64,000 nt of DNA from a virus, in IMG/VR virus record IMGVR_UViG_3300045988_149331, positions 32,001 through 96,000 of that record; one strand, given 5' to 3'. The translations under genes were made by a program, and so were the position numbers. Of this stretch, positions 18,201 through 26,721 are shown in pieces. The notes beneath the pieces are model-generated. The model had not been told where the DNA came from and did not search any database. It saw only the letters and a list, made by a program, of their open reading frames with translations. Every line of letters starts with the position of its first letter. The stretch's first letter is position 1.

Positions 18201-19956
18201 GATCTATTGCTTTTTGTAAGTATTCGTCAAATGCGGCCACGAGCGGGTTTGCCTCACGGGCCTTCATAGTCTCTTCGTCGTCGCCTTGGGCGTAAAGGTC
18301 AAACGGGTTGCCGCCCTGGGCGTCGGCGTCTTCTTCGCCTTCACCACCAGCCACAGGCTCATCAGCCGGGCCGCCTGCTGCCTCCATACCCATACCAGCG
18401 GCCTCTTCGAATGGGTTTCCACCGCCCATTCCCATACCGCCCATCGCCTGCTGCTGTTGCTGCTTGGCGCTGAGGGCTTGTTGAATAACGGAGTTTTCGA
18501 TAGTATCACCACCCTTTTCTTCGCCGATGGCGGGGAGGTCCCACTTTTCGCGAATTTCATCGACGGTCTGGAAGGCTTGAAGGCGTTTGATGTCCATATC
18601 CAACTCCTCGGAAATAGTCATTCCGTTGAGGCCCATGAACACGAACTCAAAGTCAGGGTTAATCTGGTCAACGATGAACTTGTTAATCTTACGCTGGATG
18701 AACTTCAACAGCGGATACAGACCCTTGTCTTTCGACTGCTCCATACGTTGTTTTTGGCCATCGCCAAACGTCAGGCCGCTGTTGTTAGAACGTGATATGT
18801 CCCAACCGATTTCCGTCGGGTCGATACAGTACACAGCGCAAGCGATCTTAATCAGGTATTCCATCCAAGACGTGTACTCCATATCACGGTTGTTCTTCTG
18901 GAGGTCTACCCAGTCAATATCACCTTCGACGACAGGCGTCTTCCACGACTGCATAACGCCTGAAATCATCGCCTGCCACTGCTGTTTGAACTGCTGAAGC
19001 GAAGCCTCGTTGACGTTGCCCTTGATACGCAACAGACCCTTCGGGGCTGACCCCTGTGAGAAGAAACGGCGGTTGTACTCATCACCCCAAAGCATCGACG
19101 TGACGACGTTGATCAACTCTTCCAACTCGGAGTTCCCGTAGCCGTTAGCGTAGATAGACGTTGACGGGTTGCGGATTCCAAAGCACAACTCCCATGGATA
19201 GAACTGTGCCACCTTGGCTGTTTGGTACACCTGGACGTAGGCCGGGTAGTAACCGTCGATTTTTTGCCCCCAGTTTTGGCGGTCATCCATCATTACGCCG
19301 CGGAAATACGGGTTGTCGTATTCACCATCAAAGTACGAATCTGCCAACCGGAACGTAGCAGCGTCTACAGCCTGGAAACGTACCAATTTACCGCGGCGAT
19401 TGCGGATACATTCAAACGTCAGCTGGTCGAACGTCAACGAGTCGTCAACGATCTTACGTATGAACTCGTCAAATTCGTCACCATCCCACGCAGCAGTATC
19501 GCCACAGTTTAGGATGAAGTCCGTGATGGACGAAGCGATCTTGCAGTCTTGGGAGTCCATTTTCTGCTCCATACCGTGACGCGGCTTGCGTCGAATAACG
19601 AAGCCCGTCGAATAGCGGTCGGCCTGCGGTTCAGCAAAGTCGGCCACCTGATTCTTACGGGTCTTGATGATGGAGTTGATAATGGGGGTGCGGCTCATCC
19701 GGCGCAGCGTCTCGTACGAGAGTGAGAACGGCTTATCCTTGTAACCCAAAAACGAGTTGAACTCCAACGGGTCGATGAGATATGCCTTGGGGGCCACGTT
19801 GGCGGGCTTGCTTTGCTGGTTAAATATTTCGGCCGCTTTGAGTATGTCGGACGGGTTATCACCACGCAGCGCCTTCTCCACCAACAGCGATTTGCGGATG
19901 GTCAAGGCTTGCATGGCGCGTTCTACCGATTCCAATCTTTCTTTTACACCGGACAT
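18190..19956 (-). CDS. Portal protein
   Basis: 588 aa, in the head-morphogenesis block upstream of the MuF gene, with a Gly/Met-rich then acidic C-terminal tail. The family call rests on size, context and general resemblance. Confidence 0.6.
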   Translation of the reverse strand: MSGVKERLESVERAMQALTIRKSLLVEKALRGDNPSDILKAAEIFNQQSKPANVAPKAYLIDPLEFNSFLGYKDKPFSLSYETLRRMSRTPIINSIIKTRKNQVADFAEPQADRYSTGFVIRRKPRHGMEQKMDSQDCKIASSITDFILNCGDTAAWDGDEFDEFIRKIVDDSLTFDQLTFECIRNRRGKLVRFQAVDAATFRLADSYFDGEYDNPYFRGVMMDDRQNWGQKIDGYYPAYVQVYQTAKVAQFYPWELCFGIRNPSTSIYANGYGNSELEELINVVTSMLWGDEYNRRFFSQGSAPKGLLRIKGNVNEASLQQFKQQWQAMISGVMQSWKTPVVEGDIDWVDLQKNNRDMEYTSWMEYLIKIACAVYCIDPTEIGWDISRSNNSGLTFGDGQKQRMEQSKDKGLYPLLKFIQRKINKFIVDQINPDFEFVFMGLNGMTISEELDMDIKRLQAFQTVDEIREKWDLPAIGEEKGGDTIENSVIQQALSAKQQQQQAMGGMGMGGGNPFEEAAGMGMEAAGGPADEPVAGGEGEEDADAQGGNPFDLYAQGDDEETMKAREANPLVAAFDEYLQKAIDHDE

Positions 19957-19993
19957 AATGTTTTTACGCGATTTATGTACCTATAATTGGCTA

Positions 19994-20317
19994 TCAACCC
20001 AACATTTTCAAAATGTCGTTGCAGGCCGTTTTCCTGATTATCAACGCTTGATGAACGATATCTCCCCACACCGCCAACTGATGACCGCGCCATGAGTAGT
20101 AGTCGGTTTGGTCATCGTACGAACCTTGCCACTCGCCTTCGCTGCGTATAGTAGCCACCAAACGGCGAAATGCTCGCTGTTCGTCGGTAGTGAGGGGTGA
20201 TATAAAAGTGCCGACGACTACTAATCGTGCGGCACTCGTTGTTAGATCATCGGCTAACGTTTGAAAGTTAATGCCCATGAACTCACCTGTCTCTAATGGG
20301 GTATGAAAAGTTATCAT
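19994..20317 (-). CDS. Hypothetical protein
   Basis: 107-aa ORF with a 4-nt overlap with the upstream gene. Confidence 0.55.
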   Translation of the reverse strand: MITFHTPLETGEFMGINFQTLADDLTTSAARLVVVGTFISPLTTDEQRAFRRLVATIRSEGEWQGSYDDQTDYYSWRGHQLAVWGDIVHQALIIRKTACNDILKMLG

Positions 20318-21324
20318 TCGCCAACCAATTTTACAGTTCGTGGTTCAAAAGTAGAGCGTTGCTTACCTTCACCGATGCGCATCTTCCAGTATTTTTGATA
20401 TTCACACAACCACATCTCGATCTGGTGAAGGGTTATATTGCCGTGAGGCGTTGTGTAATATCCTGCTTCGAGTTTGTGCCAGTGTAGGTACGGAAAATCT
20501 CCAAATGTCGCCAACGCCACCTGCGCTTCATCACGCAGACGATAGATACCGTCAATTTGACGTTTCAACGACGGGAATATTAACCGCAACCCAATCGACG
20601 CCCCAGGCCCCACGTTAGTGTAGTCATCCTGAGTGAAACGCATGAAACGCCGATATGTATATCGCGGTATATAGGTGAAATCTTGATAGAATTCGTGAGC
20701 GATGAATGCAGCCGATGACGGAAGCCCCTGAAGGAACTTGATGATCTGTTCAGGAGTTTGGGCCGTAAATACCATCTTGATGAGTTCACCCAAGCGACGG
20801 TGTAACGTAGGCACTACCAGATGGGTGTAACAGTAATCACGCGGTTTACCCGGCGTGGCCATGGAATTGATGAGATATGCCGTGGTGTAGGGGTTGTTCC
20901 CCGAAGCGCGGTACGACGTTATCATCTCTGCAAAAGCGTCTTCGTCGTAGCTGTCGTAATCTGGAATACCAGCGCCCCAGCCATACTTATCGCGAGCGTA
21001 TTCAAAAGTACTGGGGTTGTTGAAATACCGGAACACCATCATCTTCCACACCAAGCTGGCTAACGACAATGAATCATCCAACAGAATATTTCGAATTTGC
21101 CACTGGGAATTTCGATCCAGTTCGCGGTACACGTTAGTGAACTTGTAGTCGCGCAAAATAGGGTCTTCAGTCCAGGGGCGTGGTTGGTGATCGATGAAAC
21201 GTCGTTTCCAGATCATTTGCCGCTCAAACATCGTGCGAAAGAACTCCGTGCGGTGTTCGTCGCTCACGTCAAGCGTATCAGATGGGAGTTTGTCACTCCA
21301 AGAATAGTGATCAAAGTTTGCCAT
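20314..21324 (-). CDS. Putative DNA base hypermodification enzyme, alpha-glutamyl/putrescinyl-thymine pyrophosphorylase (aGPT-Pplase)-like
   Basis: MIWKRRFIDHQPRPWTEDPILRDYKFTNVYRELDRNSQW matches my memory of the PWT.DPIL..Y.F.NVYRE.DR block of this family. The later AFIAHEFYQDFTY block also fits. This needs an HMM check. Confidence 0.5.
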   Translation of the reverse strand: MANFDHYSWSDKLPSDTLDVSDEHRTEFFRTMFERQMIWKRRFIDHQPRPWTEDPILRDYKFTNVYRELDRNSQWQIRNILLDDSLSLASLVWKMMVFRYFNNPSTFEYARDKYGWGAGIPDYDSYDEDAFAEMITSYRASGNNPYTTAYLINSMATPGKPRDYCYTHLVVPTLHRRLGELIKMVFTAQTPEQIIKFLQGLPSSAAFIAHEFYQDFTYIPRYTYRRFMRFTQDDYTNVGPGASIGLRLIFPSLKRQIDGIYRLRDEAQVALATFGDFPYLHWHKLEAGYYTTPHGNITLHQIEMWLCEYQKYWKMRIGEGKQRSTFEPRTVKLVGE

Positions 21325-21625
21325 TTTGTTTACAATAGCTTCGTATCAGCAATTCACGGCGCGCTTCAGAGGTCTTTCCAGCCAGCCGGAACAACGTAGC
21401 ATCAGGCAAGTTCTTCAGTGGTCGTTTAGCTGCATTTACAAGACGCGCTTCGTCTATAACGAGGTTTACCCTTATCCGCCGCCCGCGGATCAATTTGACG
21501 GACTCTGCAGCGAGCAGTGGACAATAATCGTTACCGTGTAACGAACGTACAATAAACGTCATCGAACCCCAAACCTCAGGGTCTGCAACGACGTCGCCTA
21601 TTTTGAAATATCTCCATCGGTCCAT
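21311..21625 (-). CDS. Hypothetical protein
   Basis: 104-aa ORF in the array. Confidence 0.5.
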   Translation of the reverse strand: MDRWRYFKIGDVVADPEVWGSMTFIVRSLHGNDYCPLLAAESVKLIRGRRIRVNLVIDEARLVNAAKRPLKNLPDATLFRLAGKTSEARRELLIRSYCKQNGKL

Positions 21626-21711
21626 ATAACTAAAAAACGTTGGCCCCGAAACGCTTACTGAATCGAGGCCGCGGTCCTAACTAACCTTGGAAAATGGAAA
21701 CAGAAAAGAAA

Positions 21712-22383
21712 CTAAAACCCGAACACCGTCAGCTGTCGAGGCGACAATTGATAGCGTTCGTTGTCGGAAAGATTAGTCTCGAGAATTTCACACGCCTTGA
21801 TGTCGGTAGCGACATTGGCGTACTCACGGACCTTATCGTTGTACTCCTGGCGGCACTTACGCATTTCGGGAGTAACAGGGTTCTCCTGCTCTTCGCCGGC
21901 AATGAGCGATCCTGCAACTTTAGGACCTTCACAGAGGTCGCATGCCTGCCACGAGAAGATGCGGAACGGAAAATCCATCTTGATCTCCGCAGTCCACCAG
22001 GGCGGAACGGTCTCGGTAGGAGCCCCGCCGCAGTCTTCGAGTTTGCTCTCGATTTCAGCCGTCAGGACTTGGAGTTTAGCGTTCAGCGGCGGAAGAATAT
22101 CGGCCTTCAGTTTAGCCTTGATTTCCTTGCCCAGTTTGCCGAACTTGATGTTAGAATCGTAGCTGATGGCGTTCATGATGTCCGATTTCTCGATCTCGCC
22201 CTGAAGAGCCACGTCGCTATCGCCGGACTCAGCCTTTTCGATAGCCCCGGCCATCTTCTCGAAAACGTTATCAGCCTTTTCGACCTTTTCCTCAGGGTCT
22301 TCGGAAACCGGAGCGAAGCCCTTCAGCATGTGCTCTTGACGCTCAGCGCGAACGCCAAGAATGATATCACGAATGTTTTCCAT
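21712..22383 (-). CDS. Hypothetical acidic protein
   Basis: 223-aa ORF. The antisense +ORF 21694..22425 is rejected as a shadow. Confidence 0.55.
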   Translation of the reverse strand: MENIRDIILGVRAERQEHMLKGFAPVSEDPEEKVEKADNVFEKMAGAIEKAESGDSDVALQGEIEKSDIMNAISYDSNIKFGKLGKEIKAKLKADILPPLNAKLQVLTAEIESKLEDCGGAPTETVPPWWTAEIKMDFPFRIFSWQACDLCEGPKVAGSLIAGEEQENPVTPEMRKCRQEYNDKVREYANVATDIKACEILETNLSDNERYQLSPRQLTVFGF

Positions 22384-22567
22384 CGCTCACTTCGGTTTTT
22401 GCGGCTCGCGCCTTTACGTAATTAACCCACGCCCAGTGTGCCACCACGCCCGCCGTGAACGAGCCAATAGCCACCAACGTGTGAATGATCTTCGCCTCAT
22501 GGGCGTACACTACCGCAGCCACGACAAGCGCGACAACGATAATAAGAATCCACATCCATTTCTTCAT
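22367..22567 (-). CDS. Small two-TM membrane protein
   Basis: The two hydrophobic segments are WMWILIIVVALVVAAVVYA and LVAIGSFTAGVVAHWAWV. Confidence 0.5.
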   Translation of the reverse strand: MKKWMWILIIVVALVVAAVVYAHEAKIIHTLVAIGSFTAGVVAHWAWVNYVKARAAKTEVSDGKHS

Positions 22568-22586
22568 ACTACTATAATTTTGGTTG

Positions 22587-23579
22587 TTACTTAATCAACA
22601 TTCCGTAGAAATCCTCAAGTGTGTATGCCTTTTTATAGTTGTAAGAATCCTTCGTATTGGCCACTTCTTCAGCCATTGCTACGAGCAGTTCTTCTTGGCG
22701 CGGCCCGTACACTGAAGGCGACAGCCAGGTTAATTTTACGTTGAACAGAATCTGACCTATCTCGTCAGTGCTTAACGGCGCACCCAAGAATTTCTCGAAC
22801 TTGGACTGAATCCACAGCGCCAGTTTCGTCGAGACATATTCTTGGAAATAAGTCGGCGATACGAGTCGGCCGTTGAATTCTTGTTTCAGCGATTCGATAA
22901 AACGGTTGAACGCCTTATCACCAAATCCGCGCCGCACCTTGGGGATATTATCCGACTTATCACCCATCAGCACCTTGTACAGCAACACCTCCATCGCTTC
23001 AGTATTGAGGACCTGGATGTCGGCATCCAACAGATCGTTCCACAGCGATTCTTTACCGGGGAAACAGTAAAATTTCATGAACTTGGAGTTGTAGTTGAAC
23101 ACCGAAACCGTTGGCGTTATCAACTGGCGAATATCGCTATCGGCCGTGAGGATGACTGTTTCTTCGCCGGGGAGTTCGTCCAGCGCAAAGGCCCACAACA
23201 TCATCAGGTCGTCGCCTTCAGCGCCCGGTACGCGCGTAACGATCAACCCGCGTTTACGCAGCAGGCTTTCCAGTTCGCCCAACACCTCGATGAACGCATC
23301 ACTCCACGGCTCCTTTACCTTGGTGAGTGCGTACTTGTAGTCGTCATATACGTCACGACGCCACGAATGAGAGTCAATCACCACTATCACGCGATGAACG
23401 TTATCGCCAAAACGGCGTACCGCGGCGCAAAGATTCATCACGCACTTACGGATCAGCACCTGGCGTTTTTCCGGGTCATCCAAGACCTCTGTTAAATCTT
23501 GACCCCGGTAGTACGTGGACCACACTGAAAACGACAGGTGGTACAGGAAATTGCCGTCAAATACGAGATTAATCTTCAT
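22587..23579 (-). CDS. 5'-3' exonuclease / flap endonuclease (T4 RNase H / FEN family)
   Basis: MKINLVFDGNFLYH, VIVVIDSHSWRRDVY, GAEGDDLM, TADSDIRQL and GDKSDNIP are acidic-cluster motifs of the PIN-like FEN fold. Confidence 0.7.
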   Translation of the reverse strand: MKINLVFDGNFLYHLSFSVWSTYYRGQDLTEVLDDPEKRQVLIRKCVMNLCAAVRRFGDNVHRVIVVIDSHSWRRDVYDDYKYALTKVKEPWSDAFIEVLGELESLLRKRGLIVTRVPGAEGDDLMMLWAFALDELPGEETVILTADSDIRQLITPTVSVFNYNSKFMKFYCFPGKESLWNDLLDADIQVLNTEAMEVLLYKVLMGDKSDNIPKVRRGFGDKAFNRFIESLKQEFNGRLVSPTYFQEYVSTKLALWIQSKFEKFLGAPLSTDEIGQILFNVKLTWLSPSVYGPRQEELLVAMAEEVANTKDSYNYKKAYTLEDFYGMLIK

Positions 23580-24403
23580 CGCGCTAACTGGTTAAGGTTG
23601 GTATTTTCGGCGGTGAGTCCCGCCTTGGAGATAGTAACGTTGCGGCCGTCTTCCATCCCCTGTCGCATCGCTTGGTAGCTACCAATGTGCTCCGGGCGGG
23701 CCTTGCCTAATTTAGGATATTTCTCAGCCAGGTAGTCGTCGAGTTTCTTGTCGGTACGCAACAACAGCGCGTTGACCTGGACCTGGGCTTGAAGTTCGCG
23801 GTCGCGCTCCTCTTTGAGTTTCTGCTGAACACCTTTGGCTGCGCCAGCAAGGTACGACCGCAAGAACGTACCGCGGTGCATTTTCTTTTCGCCAACGAAA
23901 AGCCGCATCACCGCTTGAGTGTCGTCGTTACGGTATTCCTCGTAACGCTTCAACGCCAACTTATAAAGATTGGCGGCCAATACGTCGAACAGCCACTTTA
24001 CGACCTGGATGTTCTGCGGCTCACCGATGACGATGTAACGACGGCGGTTTTCCCATACCTCACGACCATTACGATTCGTACGATAAACGTGCGTATTACT
24101 AATCAGCACATAACAGAAATTGTACTTACAAATTCCGTACAACAGGAGCTGGTCCCACGAACCGCCACACTTACGCTGCCAGTTGTCGCCCAAACGTTCT
24201 TCGATAACGTCAGTCTTTTGCTCGTTGTCGGCAACCGATTCAACGTCAGCCATCGAAAGGTTGTACTGAGTTAAGAGATTCTGAATTTTGGTAGCGGCAT
24301 TCTGTGCTTCGGCTTCGGAGTTGATAGCCTTGGCGCCTTCGTACAGACGCTGCAGTTTCTTCAGTTTTGAGAGGATCAAGTTGAGATCTTGAGTCTTTTC
24401 CAT
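23576..24403 (-). CDS. DUF2786-like protein
   Basis: Start moved to MEKTQDL (24403) because the longer ORF reads through the promoter cassette. LSKLKKLQRLYEGAKAINSEAEAQNAATKIQNLLTQYNL fits the DUF2786 pattern. Confidence 0.5.
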   Translation of the reverse strand: MEKTQDLNLILSKLKKLQRLYEGAKAINSEAEAQNAATKIQNLLTQYNLSMADVESVADNEQKTDVIEERLGDNWQRKCGGSWDQLLLYGICKYNFCYVLISNTHVYRTNRNGREVWENRRRYIVIGEPQNIQVVKWLFDVLAANLYKLALKRYEEYRNDDTQAVMRLFVGEKKMHRGTFLRSYLAGAAKGVQQKLKEERDRELQAQVQVNALLLRTDKKLDDYLAEKYPKLGKARPEHIGSYQAMRQGMEDGRNVTISKAGLTAENTNLNQLAR

Positions 24404-24435
24404 AACCAATTTTGTTTTACGATTCTTTTCAAGAG

Positions 24436-24467
24436 CGAAGGTACGTTGAAATTCCAAAATCTCCAAG
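24436..24467 (-). promoter_or_regulatory. Promoter-like cassette
   Basis: Minus strand reads CTTGGAGATTTTGGAATTTCAACGTACCTTCGCTCTTGAAAAG. The TACCTTCG box lies 40 nt from the ATG at 24403. Confidence 0.5.
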
Positions 24468-24482
24468 AGAATTTCAAGAAAT

Positions 24483-24758
24483 TTAACAATCCATCACTAA
24501 ATTTCCCGCCAACTCCAACTCATACAACCGTTCAGCATCAGGCTTGGCGTAACAGAATATCAACTTTCCACCGCCCGCAGCCCGCAACGCTTTACGATAC
24601 GTCGCCTTGATGCGGGCCAACTCTTCGCTTCGGTAAAAATCGTAGTCGCTTACACACAACTCCCACCACCGCTCTTGCCGCGACGCCCAGGCTATGACTC
24701 CTGGGCGTTCGGCTTCAATCCGCTTTACAGCAGCTAATAACAGCGCGTCGTGTTTCAT
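24483..24758 (-). CDS. Hypothetical protein
   Basis: 91-aa ORF with a 4-nt overlap with the upstream gene. Confidence 0.5.
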   Translation of the reverse strand: MKHDALLLAAVKRIEAERPGVIAWASRQERWWELCVSDYDFYRSEELARIKATYRKALRAAGGGKLIFCYAKPDAERLYELELAGNLVMDC

Positions 24759-25342
24759 AACGTTTCGTCGATAGACTGCGCCAACTCAGCCAACAGCCTT
24801 ACGTGTACGCGCTCGTCGGCGATAATCTTGTTGAGGAGTTGAACCGCCAACGTAGAAGTAGTGGTCGGCGTAGGGTTGCCTGCTTGGATGCGCTGGATGA
24901 GTTTTTCGTACTCAGCGATGGTGTCCTGCTCGGCGCGAATATTGATCTGGATGGCTTCAGCCGCGCTTTCGGTCGTTATGTCCACTTTGGCTGCCGAAAA
25001 CACAGGCTTCGATACCGCGTGACCCAGATGGTGAATGAAGTCGCCTAATCGGTCGTAGTGCTTCATCTCGGTGAGGGCGATACCCAGGAACGTTTCGCCA
25101 ATCTGATCGAAAAGCATCCGCTGTTGGGTGTATTGGATGATGGCGGTGAGTTCGGACGTTCCGGTAATTCCGGCGTAGACTTTGTAGAACCACTCGGCCG
25201 GAACGCCGTCGTCGGCTTTAGCCTTGGAGATGTCGGGATAGTCAATCGCGTGGTCGGCGTAACGCATCGACTCTACCAGCGCGTCGGCCATGATTTCGAC
25301 GTTGTCCTGCTTGGCGGGTTGGTGTACGAGAATCGTTTTCAT
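24755..25342 (-). CDS. Ferritin-like di-metal four-helix-bundle protein (Mn-catalase/CotJC-like)
   Basis: GTSELTAIIQYTQQ...IALTEMKHYDRL supplies one E..H motif. EQDTIAEYEKL...ADERVHVRLL supplies the second. Confidence 0.55.
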   Translation of the reverse strand: MKTILVHQPAKQDNVEIMADALVESMRYADHAIDYPDISKAKADDGVPAEWFYKVYAGITGTSELTAIIQYTQQRMLFDQIGETFLGIALTEMKHYDRLGDFIHHLGHAVSKPVFSAAKVDITTESAAEAIQINIRAEQDTIAEYEKLIQRIQAGNPTPTTTSTLAVQLLNKIIADERVHVRLLAELAQSIDETL

Positions 25343-25344
25343 GA

Positions 25345-25890
25345 CTATTTGGTTTCAGGTTCTTGGCTCTTGACGGTCGATCCCCATCCTGCTTCGCCGC
25401 GAGCGCTGGGCGTGAGTTCTTCGACGAGTGTAGGTTCAATCAACGGCGCAGGCACAATCACCAGCTGAGCAACGACGTCGCCCTTCTTGTACGCCTTACA
25501 TTCGTACGACAGCTCCCGCATTTTGAAGTCGGCGATAGTCCCTAAGACGTTGGAGAACAACACCGCCAAACACCGCGACATACGCTGCCACAGCGTGGGC
25601 ATGTGATAGATCTTTTTGTAGCGTACCAGCATCTCGCCACGGTACCCCGGGTCGATAATACCCGGCGCGTTACACATCACCAGGTCCATCTTCGACACGC
25701 GCGAGTTGGGGACCAGCAACCCGCTGTACCCTTTGGGAATTTCAACGGCGATTCCCGTCTGGTACTCGATGAAATCTTCGGTTTCGCGTACTCCAACGGC
25801 TACCAGGTCCAAGCCGTTATCCTCGCCATCGGCGTGGGCATACGCCGGCAACGTGGCGTTGGGGTTGAGTTTCTTGAATTTTACGTTCAT
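25345..25890 (-). CDS. dut: Trimeric dUTPase-family enzyme with an insertion between motifs III and IV
   Basis: The five motifs are NGLDL, PNSRVSK, GIIDPGYRGE, GDVVAQLVI and RGEAGWGST. About 35 extra residues (KKIYHMPTLWQRMSRCLAVLFSNVLGTIADFKMRELSYE) sit between motifs III and IV. Confidence 0.7.
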   Translation of the reverse strand: MNVKFKKLNPNATLPAYAHADGEDNGLDLVAVGVRETEDFIEYQTGIAVEIPKGYSGLLVPNSRVSKMDLVMCNAPGIIDPGYRGEMLVRYKKIYHMPTLWQRMSRCLAVLFSNVLGTIADFKMRELSYECKAYKKGDVVAQLVIVPAPLIEPTLVEELTPSARGEAGWGSTVKSQEPETK

Positions 25891-26702
25891 TTCTTGTATC
25901 CTTTTAAGTGTATTTTGACCTCGATCATCTCACGGTCCTTCATTTCACCACCCCAGTTGGTACACTTTTTGGTACGGAGGGTGATGTACTCGGGGAACGC
26001 TTCTCTTAAACGTTGTGATTCGGCGTTGGAGTTCTCGATCGTACGATAAATCGAACAACCACCAGCGGCGTTGGCTCCCGTCATTTTGTCGAACGAATAC
26101 TGATACGAGACGATATTATCCAACCCCGCGCGGCGTAATCCACACGCCACGGCGAAATCCTCCTTTATGGGCCAATCGCTGAACCTGACAGGCTGACTTA
26201 GATACTGGGCGATATTGAGGCCCCAAATGGAGAAGAACCGCCCGTTTATTTGTACGTCGTGTTCCTTGTCGCGGTTGAACGGACGGTATGAAAGCGCAGC
26301 CACGGCGTAGGTGTCTAACTGCTCAGCCACCCAGTCGAACATCATCTGGTAGATGTATTCCTGCGCCTCGACGGTGAAATTGTCGTTGTTTACGACCACA
26401 GGGGTCTTGGCATCGTCTAAACGCAACGAGAAAGACACGTTATCGTCTAAGAAAAAGACTCCTCCAAATCCCCTATCAACGGCCTCTACAACAATATAGT
26501 CCCGTATGTCCCCCACGCCGCGACACGCCGTACTGTATTCCTCGATACTGGCTACTTTTCCACCCCAGTTGCGCTGGTGAGCCGCCAACTCGCCGGGGTG
26601 ACAGAATATGTGGACGCGCTTCAACGCTTCAGGCGTCAACCGTTGAAGAGTTTTTTGGCGGTCAACACGACCTCGTGTGAATAAGGCTATCAGAGTTTTC
26701 AT
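25887..26702 (-). CDS. GT-A-like glycosyltransferase-like protein, paralog of 8172..8981
   Basis: ALFTRGRVDR...GVGDIRDYIVVEAVDRGFGGVFFLDDNVSF and the late AAGGCSIY block. Same block order as the other copy. Confidence 0.4.
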   Translation of the reverse strand: MKTLIALFTRGRVDRQKTLQRLTPEALKRVHIFCHPGELAAHQRNWGGKVASIEEYSTACRGVGDIRDYIVVEAVDRGFGGVFFLDDNVSFSLRLDDAKTPVVVNNDNFTVEAQEYIYQMMFDWVAEQLDTYAVAALSYRPFNRDKEHDVQINGRFFSIWGLNIAQYLSQPVRFSDWPIKEDFAVACGLRRAGLDNIVSYQYSFDKMTGANAAGGCSIYRTIENSNAESQRLREAFPEYITLRTKKCTNWGGEMKDREMIEVKIHLKGYKK

Positions 26703-26721
26703 ACCACTTAAAACGATGGCG

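Noticed and set aside
23576-24466. Longer N-terminal extensions of three ORFs (23576..24466, 37455..37769, 40475..40780)
   Set aside because: The extensions (MEILEFQRTFALEKNRKTKLV, MEIWKIRRTFVVENETKTHYKT, MAVYENNSLFLEDFSRFSLKSWRFTLPSLLENETKLCK) are translations of the conserved promoter and leader cassette. Internal ATGs 38-43 nt downstream of the TACCTTTG box are better starts.
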